This document shows, one piece after another, positions 9,701 to 18,946 of a stretch of DNA of 64,000 bases; within the stretch, counting starts at the first letter, position 1; each line of letters opens with the position of its first letter. Origin of the DNA: Sedimentisphaerales bacterium. GTDB taxonomy: Bacteria > Planctomycetota > Phycisphaerae > Sedimentisphaerales > SM23-30. The notes under the pieces are model-generated. The model was not told the origin of the DNA. It saw only the letters and a program-made list of their open reading frames with translations, and ran no database searches. Location: NCBI GenBank assembly GCA_963666285.1, contig OY762711.1. The stretch is one strand, 5' to 3'. The position numbers and the translations under genes are program-made.

Positions 9701-9980
9701 GTCGAGTAGGCATAATATGGTTCCTATCATATAGTTATATATAAGGAACTTCAATACCCCTCACAGAACCGGACTTGTGGCTTTCCCACATCCGGCTCTT
9801 CGGTTTAACTCACCTTACATGTGACATTCGTAAAAACTATGTACTATCCGCGGTTTCGGCAACGGATAATGATTCAGGTACTCTGTAAACTTAGCCCAGT
9901 TCATCTTACGCTTCTGACTACGCCTGTTCAGCCATTTCTTTACCATCCTAAGTGTTAGTTTGTAAAACTTTATTATTCCT
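9701..9980 (-). pseudogene. Group II intron 3' relic (maturase C-terminus, domain V, domain VI)
   Basis: Minus strand reads KWLNRRSQKRKMNWAKFTEYLNHYPLPKPRIVH...stop, then domain V GAGCCGGATGTGGGAAAGCCACAAGTCCGGTTC (9766-9798) and the 3' end CCTACTCGAC at 9701. Confidence 0.85.
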
Positions 9981-10053
9981 ATGGGCCTTGTGAATGAAAA
10001 ACTTTATATTTAAATGTATTTCCGAGCTATTTCTAGAAAGTATATTTAATTCA

Positions 10054-10113
10054 AAGCGTTGCAGGAAGGCCCTTTTAGACGGTTTTTACAACTTAAAAAC
10101 TGCGAAAGTAAAC
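10054..10113 (+). repeat. Dispersed repeat family A, copy 1
   Basis: AAGCGTTGCAGGAAGGCCCTTTTAG...AAAAACTGCGAAAGTAAAC; related copies at 22391, 29044 and 41584. Confidence 0.85.
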
Positions 10114-10212
10114 TAAAAAGATAGTGTACTAATCTACACAGGGAACTTATTTTTAATCGACTGCGGCGGAAAATGCTTAACCACTGGACACGGATAAAAA
10201 TGCGGCATTATA

Positions 10213-11406
10213 TTATTCTGTTTCTAGTGATGGTGCAGGTTCGGCTTTACGTTCATCTTCCGGTTTGATGAAGAAAGTGGTGATAAGTCCGATGATTGAG
10301 CCGACTAATATGCCGAAGAGTAAGCCAGGCAGGATGCCCTCCAGGAAGGATTCGCCGGTAAGTGTAACAATAATTCCGTGGATAAGGCCGGAGCTGACGG
10401 CACCGCAAAGAGAAGCGGGCAGAACGGTCCAGAGTACTAAAACCGGGCTGTTTTTGATTTTGCCGGGGATATTAGAGATGACGGCATAATACCAGATAGC
10501 AAGCAGTATGCCGGAGGAGAGGCCAAGTAAGCTGCCCAAACCACTTTCATGGAATGACATATGAACCAAATAAGAAATACTGCCAAGGCCCCAGCCTAGA
10601 AAAGAAACAAATATCGTAAAGGCGATAAGTTTACCGATTTTGGGCCTGGGTATGGGTAATCTCCATACCGATAAAAGGACGAAGGCAGCAAGTGAAGCGA
10701 TAATAATCCAGACCTGCTGATAGGCATTGGTCAGGGCCTGGTTGGCCTGATCGATTTTGGGCTGGATGATATGTGAGTAATCGGTGTTTGCGGTGTCCCA
10801 GCAAAGTGAAGCAAGCTTGTCCAACTTGACAGGCATAACGCGAGTATCACAGAATAATATGGGATAGTAATGGCAGCCGGGTTTGATGGTAAGCAGTTCG
10901 GGACCGCCGGAGATATTCCAGCGATCTTTATAGACCTTTGTACCTTTAAGATGATTGAAATAGCCATTTTCATCAGTCTGCATGAATCCTCTTTGCTCGA
11001 TGGGATAGTCCCTGCTTTGGCCGTCAGTATCAAGATCGGCATCGAAAGCCATTACCAATTCCGCAGGAGAAGCATCATTAATCTCGGTGCTATTCAATAC
11101 GAAAGTAGTTTCTCCGTCAATATAATCGCTATTGTAAGTTTTAAAGCATTGCGGGGTAACGTCTGAATATTGGATAAGCAGGTCGCACCATTTGTCTTTG
11201 GCCGGGGTAGAACCTTTATTTACGTTCATGTACATACTCATAGCATTACCAACGCCATACAGGCCTGGTGTGCCAACATAGCCCAATACCGCTTCTGCTC
11301 CCCTGCTGACGAGATATAAGCCAGAAATGATTAGCAGCAGTATGCAAATTATAAATGTTGATATGAATGTTGAGCCAGTTTTCCAATTGTTGTTTGTATT
11401 TGTCAT
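10213..11406 (-). CDS. Hypothetical membrane protein
   Basis: N-terminal TM helix, soluble domain (AMSMY...KWCDLL, reminiscent of planctomycete pseudopilin-like proteins) and about 5 C-terminal TM helices. Confidence 0.7.
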   Translation of the reverse strand: MTNTNNNWKTGSTFISTFIICILLLIISGLYLVSRGAEAVLGYVGTPGLYGVGNAMSMYMNVNKGSTPAKDKWCDLLIQYSDVTPQCFKTYNSDYIDGETTFVLNSTEINDASPAELVMAFDADLDTDGQSRDYPIEQRGFMQTDENGYFNHLKGTKVYKDRWNISGGPELLTIKPGCHYYPILFCDTRVMPVKLDKLASLCWDTANTDYSHIIQPKIDQANQALTNAYQQVWIIIASLAAFVLLSVWRLPIPRPKIGKLIAFTIFVSFLGWGLGSISYLVHMSFHESGLGSLLGLSSGILLAIWYYAVISNIPGKIKNSPVLVLWTVLPASLCGAVSSGLIHGIIVTLTGESFLEGILPGLLFGILVGSIIGLITTFFIKPEDERKAEPAPSLETE

Positions 11407-11462
11407 AATATAGATTAGTTAGCGGTGAATTAATTATAAATACTGAACTAATTCTCAAAGAC

Positions 11463-11930
11463 TTTAACCACAGACACGAATCCGCCTCAGGCGGATTTCA
11501 TTCCGCTCGTGTTTTATTAATAATATTTTATATTATAGAACGATTCTTTCCCATTGTAATTTTGGATATTTTAAATTAAGGATTAGGCCTACACGTAAAC
11601 CTGATATTCTGAGGTAAATTATTATTTGACCTTTTTCGTTGCGGATAAGTTTGCCAGCTAAAATATATAAGAGGTGAACCACGGATTCACACCGATGGAC
11701 ACTGGTTTTATTACTGAGGAGGCGAGCTACGCTAAATGAAAAATGAAAGGTGAAAAATGAAAAATTGAGGTGTCCTGATGTACGTTGACATCAGGAATAA
11801 TTCGCATTCGCGGACGACGTATTTTAAATCGCGCGGGTGGGCTAAGAGCTAAACCACGAATGGACACGAATTCACACCAATAATATATAAGGTGACTCGC
11901 TACCGCTCGTGTTTTATTATATATTTTTAG
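11463..11930 (+). repeat. Cluster of short repeats (family C AACCAC/GACAC units, a palindrome and one family B unit)
   Basis: AACCAC...GACAC units near 11466, 11677 and 11852; CCGCTCGTGTTTTATTA at 11503 and 11903; palindrome AATCCGCCTCAGGCGGATT at 11479-11497; heptamer run from 11734. Confidence 0.7.
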
Positions 11931-11992
11931 CTTACACAAGTGGACACAAATAAGAATGTGACTTTTCTTGCAGATATTACTGGAAAGATGAC

Positions 11993-12406
11993 TTATTGTC
12001 CCTTTATATAACTTGTAACTCTTCGCAAATATCTGGAGAATTCGTAGACATCCTTAAATTTATTATCTTTGACATATTTAATGTAAAGAGGCAAACTGGA
12101 ACCATCTTCCAGATATACCATTAGAGTTATTTCTTCAGGATCTTTTGGAGGTAACTTAAGGTCTTTAAAATCACTAAAATTCAAGAAAAAATATTCACCA
12201 TCCTCATAGATTATATGCAAACCTTTATCGGTAGTTACTATACAATCGTTAAGTTTATATGGAGCATTATAATAGACGCCATACAACTGTTCACCTTGCT
12301 GCAATTTAATCACAGAAAGCAATTGATCTTGCAGAGAATCGTTAGCCTCTTTGTAATTTTTCAAGCTGCGTAAGATTCTACCGGTAATGCTTTTTACCAT
12401 GTTCAT
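11993..12406 (-). CDS. Hypothetical AT-rich protein (137 aa)
   Basis: 3' part of the track ORF 11993..12880; ATG at 12406 lies just after the upstream gene's stop. Confidence 0.7.
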   Translation of the reverse strand: MNMVKSITGRILRSLKNYKEANDSLQDQLLSVIKLQQGEQLYGVYYNAPYKLNDCIVTTDKGLHIIYEDGEYFFLNFSDFKDLKLPPKDPEEITLMVYLEDGSSLPLYIKYVKDNKFKDVYEFSRYLRRVTSYIKGQ

Positions 12407-12435
12407 ATGTATATTCCCAAAATTGAACAAATAAT

Positions 12436-13476
12436 TTATTTGAGGTCGGGATATGAGATTCGTTTGCTGCCTTCGACGGTGTGCCAGGTTTTGAATTCGT
12501 CGCAGCCTTCGGTGAGTTCGATAATGCGGCCCCCTTTGGCGAATCCGTCCTGGCTGTATGACCTGAAGCCGGTTTTGCGGCCGTAGCATAGTTTTATGCC
12601 GGCGAAGGAAGACTGGAAGTCGTTGACATGATCGTGGCCGACGAACATAGCCTTTACATTGCCCTTTTCGAGAGCGGCGGCGAAGAACCCTGAATTGAGT
12701 TCCGGGCAGCAGACGTCCTCGTTGAACTCGCCGATGTACTTTTTCTTTTTGACAACGTCGGCGTATTCGGGGATGGGTATATGGAAGAAAGCGAGGGCCG
12801 GGAGCGGTTTGCCGGTTTGCGGGTTGATATGTTTGCCGGACTGGTTTCTGAACCATTCGATCTGGTCGGGCATGATCCAACCGTAGCCGTCGAACTCTTT
12901 AATATTGGAATAGCCGTTGGAGTCGATCATGAAAAGGGTATATGCCGGGCTGTCGTTGTCGGCGGAAAGGATATCGAGGATATAGTTTGACATGCCGGAG
13001 ATGGCCGGTACGTTTTTGGGGCAGCAGGTGTAAGGTGTGTCAGTTGTGATCTGCCAAAGCTGCTGACGGGAACAGCTGCCTTCATCGTCATGGTTGCCGA
13101 AGACCATCGCCCACGGGACCTTGTGTGAGGCGATTGCGGTTAGTATGCCGCGCTGGGCATGGTCGGAGTCGGCATCTTCGCCGCTGATAACATCGCCGGT
13201 TAAAACTATGAGGTCCGGCTTTTCGAAATTGACGATCTCGTGGATGAGGTTCGCGGTTTTGATATCGTCTTCTGTGCCGTCGAGCCAGTGGGTATCGGTA
13301 AACTGCAGGATCTTGAACTTACGGTCTTTATTGAACCGGAGGGTCGGAGCGGCGGACGCTGGGCCGGGAGCGGCGGTTGCCTGGCCGGTGCCGCAACCGG
13401 AGACTAATAGAGCGCCGGTGGAAGCAGATGCAAGTTTGAGGAAATTACGGCGGTGGATATTGTTCTTCTCGTTCAT
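12436..13476 (-). CDS. Tat-exported metallophosphoesterase (calcineurin-like, DCR2-like)
   Basis: RRNFLK Tat motif and VSGC lipobox; DTH, TGD, GNHD, HIP, GHDH motifs. Confidence 0.9.
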   Translation of the reverse strand: MNEKNNIHRRNFLKLASASTGALLVSGCGTGQATAAPGPASAAPTLRFNKDRKFKILQFTDTHWLDGTEDDIKTANLIHEIVNFEKPDLIVLTGDVISGEDADSDHAQRGILTAIASHKVPWAMVFGNHDDEGSCSRQQLWQITTDTPYTCCPKNVPAISGMSNYILDILSADNDSPAYTLFMIDSNGYSNIKEFDGYGWIMPDQIEWFRNQSGKHINPQTGKPLPALAFFHIPIPEYADVVKKKKYIGEFNEDVCCPELNSGFFAAALEKGNVKAMFVGHDHVNDFQSSFAGIKLCYGRKTGFRSYSQDGFAKGGRIIELTEGCDEFKTWHTVEGSKRISYPDLK

Positions 13477-13599
13477 TTTTAACCTTGCTTTGTTTGTTCA
13501 AACTGATTGATGGCAGTTTGAAGGATGTCGGGAAATTTATTTATAAAAATACTAACAGATATTTTACCTATGAGAGAGGAATAGTAAATATAAAAGTTA

Positions 13600-13665
13600 G
13601 AAGAAAGGAGCGAGAAGAGAGGAGTTCTGGTGGTGTCGCTGCGCGACCTTAGTTTAAAGCCGGCG
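13600..13665 (+). repeat. 66-bp direct repeat, copy 1 (family B)
   Basis: Matches 14755-14820 with one mismatch. Confidence 0.9.
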
Positions 13666-13853
13666 AGGAATATAACGTTCGGTCACCCTCGCGGCTCTGA
13701 TATTTTAATGTAAAATAAAGTTAATTAGAAACTGGTTATATTCTGGGAAAAGAATATGCATTTTGATTGCGGGAAGAATAATGATAGCATACAAAATCAC
13801 ATTTAGTTATTTAAAAAATTCAAAAAACTATGTAATAAAACTTTAGCGATCTT

Positions 13854-14642
13854 TTAATTGGCTTTATTTTCAAGATATTCTTCGAGCAGTTTGATAAGCT
13901 GTTCATTATCGTTGTCAATAGCCAAGCTGAGCGGCGAGCGAATACCTTCGAATTTCTCCCGCCAGGACACTTCCGGGTCGGCGTCTGCTTCGAGCAATAA
14001 TTTCACTATTTCGAAGCTGTCATTTTTAATTGCTGCCATAATAGGATAAAGACTAGTAAATCCAACTTGCGGCAATTGAATCCTAATTGAGCCGTCACTA
14101 CTACTTCCAAAGTTTTCATATGGAAATTGCGAATAATCAGGTTCGGCACCACAATCCAGCAAAAGCCTAACAAGATCAGCGTTACCATTAACTGCAGCAT
14201 AATATAATGGAGAGCATCCATAATCATTTGAAACGTTAGTATAAGCGCCAGCATATAAAAGTTCTTCAGCTACTTCATAATTATTATTCTTACATGCAAT
14301 ATTTAATGCAGTATCAGTACATATGCCAGATACTTCCTTTTTGAAATCTGCTTTGTAAACATCATTAGAGTCCTGTTCGATATCGAATGAAATATAAGAA
14401 AAATCAAACATACTGTCTGGTATTTTGCAGTTTATGTCTATACCCTGGTTAATAAGATTTTTGACTGTTCCGAGATCTCCATTTTTTGCCGCCAGAGCTA
14501 AAGTTATTTCAGGAGTGCTATTATCGCTTGAAACTGAAAGATCAATTGACTGCCCAGAACTATCAGCTGATTGTAATGGATTTGTATTTAATACAACTAC
14601 AAGATATGTGTATAAGACTATAGTAAAAACATTTGTTCGCAT
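13854..14642 (-). CDS. Secreted ankyrin-repeat protein
   Basis: TALNIAC, SPLYYAAVNGNADLVRLLLDCGA, SPLSLA; signal peptide; AT-rich. Confidence 0.88.
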   Translation of the reverse strand: MRTNVFTIVLYTYLVVVLNTNPLQSADSSGQSIDLSVSSDNSTPEITLALAAKNGDLGTVKNLINQGIDINCKIPDSMFDFSYISFDIEQDSNDVYKADFKKEVSGICTDTALNIACKNNNYEVAEELLYAGAYTNVSNDYGCSPLYYAAVNGNADLVRLLLDCGAEPDYSQFPYENFGSSSDGSIRIQLPQVGFTSLYPIMAAIKNDSFEIVKLLLEADADPEVSWREKFEGIRSPLSLAIDNDNEQLIKLLEEYLENKAN

Positions 14643-14754
14643 AGTTTATCTCTATTAACAATGGATATCAATTTATTACAACAATGATAACATGAGAATA
14701 AATATCCGTCAATAATTTTCCAGCAGGGAAAGATGAGGAAATGGAAGAGAGAGC

Positions 14755-14820
14755 GAAGAAAGGAGCGAGAAGAGAGGAGTTCTGGTGGTGTCGTTGCGCG
14801 ACCTTAGTTTAAAGCCGGCG
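14755..14820 (+). repeat. 66-bp direct repeat, copy 2 (family B)
   Basis: Matches 13600-13665 with one mismatch. Confidence 0.9.
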
Positions 14821-15035
14821 TGGAAGTAAGTTTTCGAGAGATTGTTAAAATAGAGCGAGAAGATAGGGAATTATGAAAAGTTGTAAGCAGCCGTATCATT
14901 AAAGAATCTAAAATTCTTGACCGGTGGATGATGTTTCTGTTAGAATTGCTAATAGCCGGTGCCTGGAGACGGGTATCATATATGGATCAAATACGGATGA
15001 GCAAAATAATGGCGAATCAGGAACAGGATATTAAT

Positions 15036-15917
15036 ATGAAAATAATCGATAGCGTGAAATTGGCGGCGGTATTATTGGCGATGATTTTTCTGGCGGGCGA
15101 GGTGTATGCCGAGGAATCTAATGGTAAGCCGGAGAATGAGCATGCGGTAGTGAAGCTGTGGCCGGGTGAGGTGCCGGGAAAGGTGACCGAGAATGGCGAG
15201 CATGCGATGCCGGACCGGGGTGATGGTGTGACGCGGTTGACGGATGTGAGCTGTCCGACGATGACGCTGTATCTGCTGGATAAGAAGTCGCCGGCGGTGC
15301 TGGTGTGTCCGGGCGGCGGGTATAGTATCCTGGCGATTAATAAGGAAGGGTACGAGATAGCGGAATGGCTGAACTCGGTCGGGTTTAATGCGATAGTATT
15401 GAAGTATCGCGTGCCGGGGAATCGGGCAGGTGCGTTTCAGGATGTTCAGCGTGCGATGGGGCTGATACGGCAGAACGCGGAGCAGTGGAAAATAGACGCC
15501 GAGAAGGTCGGGGTGATGGGTTTCTCGGCGGGCGGTCATCTGTCGGCTAGGTTGAGTACAAATTATGCGGTGCGGAGCTATGAGCCTGTCGATAAGGCAG
15601 ACGAGCTGAGCTGCAGGCCGGACTTTACGATATTGGTGTATCCGGCGTATCTGTCGAAAGAGAATTATGGGCTGGCTGATGAGATAAAGGTTGATGATCA
15701 TACGCCGCCTGCGTTTTTGATACAGGCTCAGAATGACAGATCTTATGTTGACAGCAGTATCGCGTATTACCTGGCGTTGAAAGAGGCCGGGGTGCATGGC
15801 GAGCTGCATCTGTTTCCGAGCGGCGGGCATGGATTCGGGCTGCGCGGGCCGAACCCGACGGCAGTTGCGTGGCCGAAACTATGCGAAGCATGGCTAAATA
15901 AAATAAGTGAAGAGTGA
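15036..15917 (+). CDS. Alpha/beta hydrolase (carbohydrate esterase, BD-FAE-like)
   Basis: CPGGGY, GFSAGGHL, GGHGFG; a signal peptide follows ATG 15036. Confidence 0.88.
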   Translation: MKIIDSVKLAAVLLAMIFLAGEVYAEESNGKPENEHAVVKLWPGEVPGKVTENGEHAMPDRGDGVTRLTDVSCPTMTLYLLDKKSPAVLVCPGGGYSILAINKEGYEIAEWLNSVGFNAIVLKYRVPGNRAGAFQDVQRAMGLIRQNAEQWKIDAEKVGVMGFSAGGHLSARLSTNYAVRSYEPVDKADELSCRPDFTILVYPAYLSKENYGLADEIKVDDHTPPAFLIQAQNDRSYVDSSIAYYLALKEAGVHGELHLFPSGGHGFGLRGPNPTAVAWPKLCEAWLNKISEE

Positions 15918-15973
15918 AGAATTAAGAGTGAAGAGTTGCGGTGTCCCGATGTGCATCGGGACCTTGTTTTAAA
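15906..15973 (+). repeat. Family B element (heptamer run, GGTGTC, hairpin, TTTAAA)
   Basis: AGTGAAG-type run, then GGTGTCCCGATGTGCATCGGGACCTTGTTTTAAA. Confidence 0.65.
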
Positions 15974-16114
15974 TGGCTGACGCCGAATGTGCCGTCTGGT
16001 TACTCTTGCGGAGAGGAATTGAAATTGGAAATATTAATGACCGTTCATTCTGAACGGGACGGGCGGTAACAGAAAGTGTTGTCGCCGTGGAGCGACAAGT
16101 GAAATGAAAAACTA

Positions 16115-17575
16115 ATGAAATATAGACATGACCTGACAACACCCAATCCGACATATAAAGCTATTATATCAGCACAAAGGAAATCAAAATTGAAAAAGAC
16201 ATTTATTATAATAATTCTTTGTACAACTTTCTTTACAACTCTCTCATGTAAAAATGAAAATTCCAGCATAAATATTCCTATCGAAGAAACAGCTAAAAAT
16301 GACATTGAAATAAATAATGAAAATAGCAACTCACAAATACATAATTATTACTCAAAAGGTTTAGAATTTTCGGAGAAAGGTGCCTATAAAGAAGCTTTAC
16401 AATATTTCTTAAAATCTGCAGAATTGGGTCATACAGAATCTCAATTTTATCTTGGAGCATATTATTTCGGTGGTCTCGGCGTATCAGAAGATTGCAAAGA
16501 GGCCATTAAATGGTTCACATCAGCTGCAAGTAAAGATCATGTAAAAGCCCAGTTTTTTCTTGGCCTTTGTTATTATGAAGGGCCAGATGAATATAGGAAT
16601 TATAACGAAGCATTTAAATGGTTTAGCCGAGCAGCAGAGAATAATCATGCTGAAGCTCAAAACTATCTAGGAGCCTGCTATGAACTAGGTAGAGGCTCAT
16701 TGCAGAATTATGAAAAAGCATTCAAATGGTATACAAAATCTGCAGAGCAAGGTCGTGGTGATGCTCAATACAATCTTGGCTTGTGTTATGATCAAGAACG
16801 CGGCACAATTCGTGACTATAGCGAAGCAGTAAAATGGTATACTAAATCAGCAGAACAGGGTTACGCAAAAGCCCGTCTGAACCTAGGAGTATACTATTTT
16901 GAAGGTCGGGGCGTAAAACAGGACCTAACCAAAGCTGTTAAGTTATTTGAACAATCCGCCGAGCAAGGTATTGCAAACGCACAATGCTACCTAGGATATT
17001 GTTATGCTAATGGTATCAGTGTATCTCAAAACGATCAAATAGCGGTACAATGGTATCTTAAATCTTCAATGCAAGATTATCCGCCTGCCCAACATAATCT
17101 TGGCAATTGTTATTATAAAGGTCTTGGAGTTAAACAAGATTATAACGAAGCAGTGAAGTGGTACACGAAAGCCGCTGAGCATAATTTTGTAGAGGCTCAA
17201 TTCAACCTTGGCATTTGTTACGGACAGGGCCAAGGCGTACAACTTGACTATAAAGAAGCCTTTAAATGGTATTTCAAAGCAGCCCAACAGGGGTATACTG
17301 ACGCTCAATACAATCTAGGAAATTATTATGCAAAAGGTAATGGAGTACAACAGAGCGACAATGAAGCAGTGAAGTGGTATACTAAAGCTGCTGAGCAAGG
17401 TCATGCCGGAGCACAATATAATCTAGGCATATTTTATACTGAAGGATACGGAGTGCCACAAAACTATATTGAAGCTGCCAAATGGTTTGAAAAAGCCGCT
17501 CAACAAGGTGATATAGATGCCCAAGAGATGCTAAAAAAGATAGCCTCTAAAAATGCTTACACAGAAGAATTTTAG
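16115..17575 (+). CDS. Sel1-like repeat protein, probable lipoprotein
   Basis: About 11 repeats of AQYNLG.CY..G.GV.QDY.EAVKWY.KAAEQG; lipobox TLSC. Start may be TTG near 16190. Confidence 0.92.
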   Translation: MKYRHDLTTPNPTYKAIISAQRKSKLKKTFIIIILCTTFFTTLSCKNENSSINIPIEETAKNDIEINNENSNSQIHNYYSKGLEFSEKGAYKEALQYFLKSAELGHTESQFYLGAYYFGGLGVSEDCKEAIKWFTSAASKDHVKAQFFLGLCYYEGPDEYRNYNEAFKWFSRAAENNHAEAQNYLGACYELGRGSLQNYEKAFKWYTKSAEQGRGDAQYNLGLCYDQERGTIRDYSEAVKWYTKSAEQGYAKARLNLGVYYFEGRGVKQDLTKAVKLFEQSAEQGIANAQCYLGYCYANGISVSQNDQIAVQWYLKSSMQDYPPAQHNLGNCYYKGLGVKQDYNEAVKWYTKAAEHNFVEAQFNLGICYGQGQGVQLDYKEAFKWYFKAAQQGYTDAQYNLGNYYAKGNGVQQSDNEAVKWYTKAAEQGHAGAQYNLGIFYTEGYGVPQNYIEAAKWFEKAAQQGDIDAQEMLKKIASKNAYTEEF

Positions 17576-17680
17576 CGATTAATAGTTTTATTAACTTTCC
17601 TAAACTGACCAATGCTCGGTTTGAAATGTTTTATCGCAAAAAAAGTGTAAAATCGTTCACTATGAAAATATTATATACTA

Positions 17681-18856
17681 TCATGGTAACGGGGTGTTGG
17701 GTTTAACGGCGTTGGCGGGGTATGGGTTGTCGGGCCCGAAGACGAGCATCGCGGCACGATCTTCGACAGTAACAAACGATTCGTCGATAGTGCCGTTAGC
17801 GTTTTGGACAGCGGCGAGGTCCAGGTTGAGATACCGTGCGAGGAATGGATAGGCGGCCATGCGTTTGGATATGCCATAGTCGTGTTTTTCGTCGGGGAAA
17901 TGGGCGTTTTGGACTTTATCGGCAGCTTTATATAATTGATAAACGCTTTTGACGTAAGGGTATTCTACCTGAGGGGTGTTTTTGGTCCAGTCGGAACCGT
18001 TGGAGATGAGCAGCTGCGGGCGCGGCGCGGCGAGAGCTGCGATCTCTGCGTTGTTGGTTTTGTGGAACGTGTTCTGGTGGATGGGCATGCCGCTTTCGCA
18101 GGAGCAGCCGCCGAAGAAATGAGCGGAGACCTGGCAGACCGGGACACTAACAGCGATGCGGTCGTCGATAGCGGTGAGGATGAATGTCTGGGTACTGCCG
18201 CCGGAACAGCCGGTCATGCCGATACGGTCGGGGTCTATATCTGGCAATGACAGTATATAGTCGAGAGCTCGGATACTGTTCCAAGTTTGGAGTCTGAGTA
18301 CTTCAGGTACCTCATTGTGCGACCAGCCAGCCTCTTTCCAATCGCCGTAGCCGACCATATCATAAAGGAAGACAGCGGCGCCCATGCGGGCGAGAACGGC
18401 GCAGCGTTTCTGTCTATTGGGATGAAAACGGCCGCCGTGGCCATGCGGGCATAGTATGCCGGCGAGTGATGGATATTGTTTGGTTGGCAGATAGAGTGAG
18501 CCGGTGACGTAGAAGCCGGGCGAGCTCTGGAAAACGACACTCTGGACAGAGTAGCCGTCGTAGATACGCTTGTTATAATACTGAGGTTTGAGAGGAGTCT
18601 TTTTGGGAGGGTCCGCCAGGCGTGCGCCTTGGATGATGCCGGAGCGGATGGCAGCTTTTCGTTCTTTCCAGCCGGCGAGGTCTGAATATGATGCTTTGAA
18701 CTGCAGCAGCTCGGCGGCAGCTTCTTCGGGGGTCTGGGCCTGGCCCTGCCGGAGAGCAGGCACATATAAAGCTGCTTTATCGGGCGGAGTAGTTTTTTGC
18801 TGCTGACAGCCGGAGAGGAGAATGAATGAAACCGCAATTAAAATATAAGCTCTCAT
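17681..18856 (-). CDS. Alpha/beta hydrolase lipoprotein (acetylxylan esterase-like)
   Basis: LSGC lipobox, [25 protein letters not shown]. Confidence 0.85.
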   Translation of the reverse strand: MRAYILIAVSFILLSGCQQQKTTPPDKAALYVPALRQGQAQTPEEAAAELLQFKASYSDLAGWKERKAAIRSGIIQGARLADPPKKTPLKPQYYNKRIYDGYSVQSVVFQSSPGFYVTGSLYLPTKQYPSLAGILCPHGHGGRFHPNRQKRCAVLARMGAAVFLYDMVGYGDWKEAGWSHNEVPEVLRLQTWNSIRALDYILSLPDIDPDRIGMTGCSGGSTQTFILTAIDDRIAVSVPVCQVSAHFFGGCSCESGMPIHQNTFHKTNNAEIAALAAPRPQLLISNGSDWTKNTPQVEYPYVKSVYQLYKAADKVQNAHFPDEKHDYGISKRMAAYPFLARYLNLDLAAVQNANGTIDESFVTVEDRAAMLVFGPDNPYPANAVKPNTPLP

Positions 18857-18946
18857 AGAATCACCTTTCTTTTGATCGATAATATGCTAAAGGATGAACT
18901 TAAACAGCATAATCACAATCGTTGCGACATGCCAGAAAATTACAGG

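Noticed and set aside
9701..9980. Active retroelement (DGR, retron or intact intron)
   Set aside because: No reverse transcriptase domain and no template/variable repeat pair in the window; only the intron 3' end remains.
11993..12880. 295-aa ORF as listed in the track
   Set aside because: The N-terminal half overlaps the phosphoesterase in another frame and is Arg-rich shadow sequence; the real gene probably starts at 12406.
13668..13743. Integron attC site (GAATATAAC ... GTTATATTC)
   Set aside because: The outer boxes pair but the inner L boxes are not complementary; it is far from the stop codon and no intI is present.
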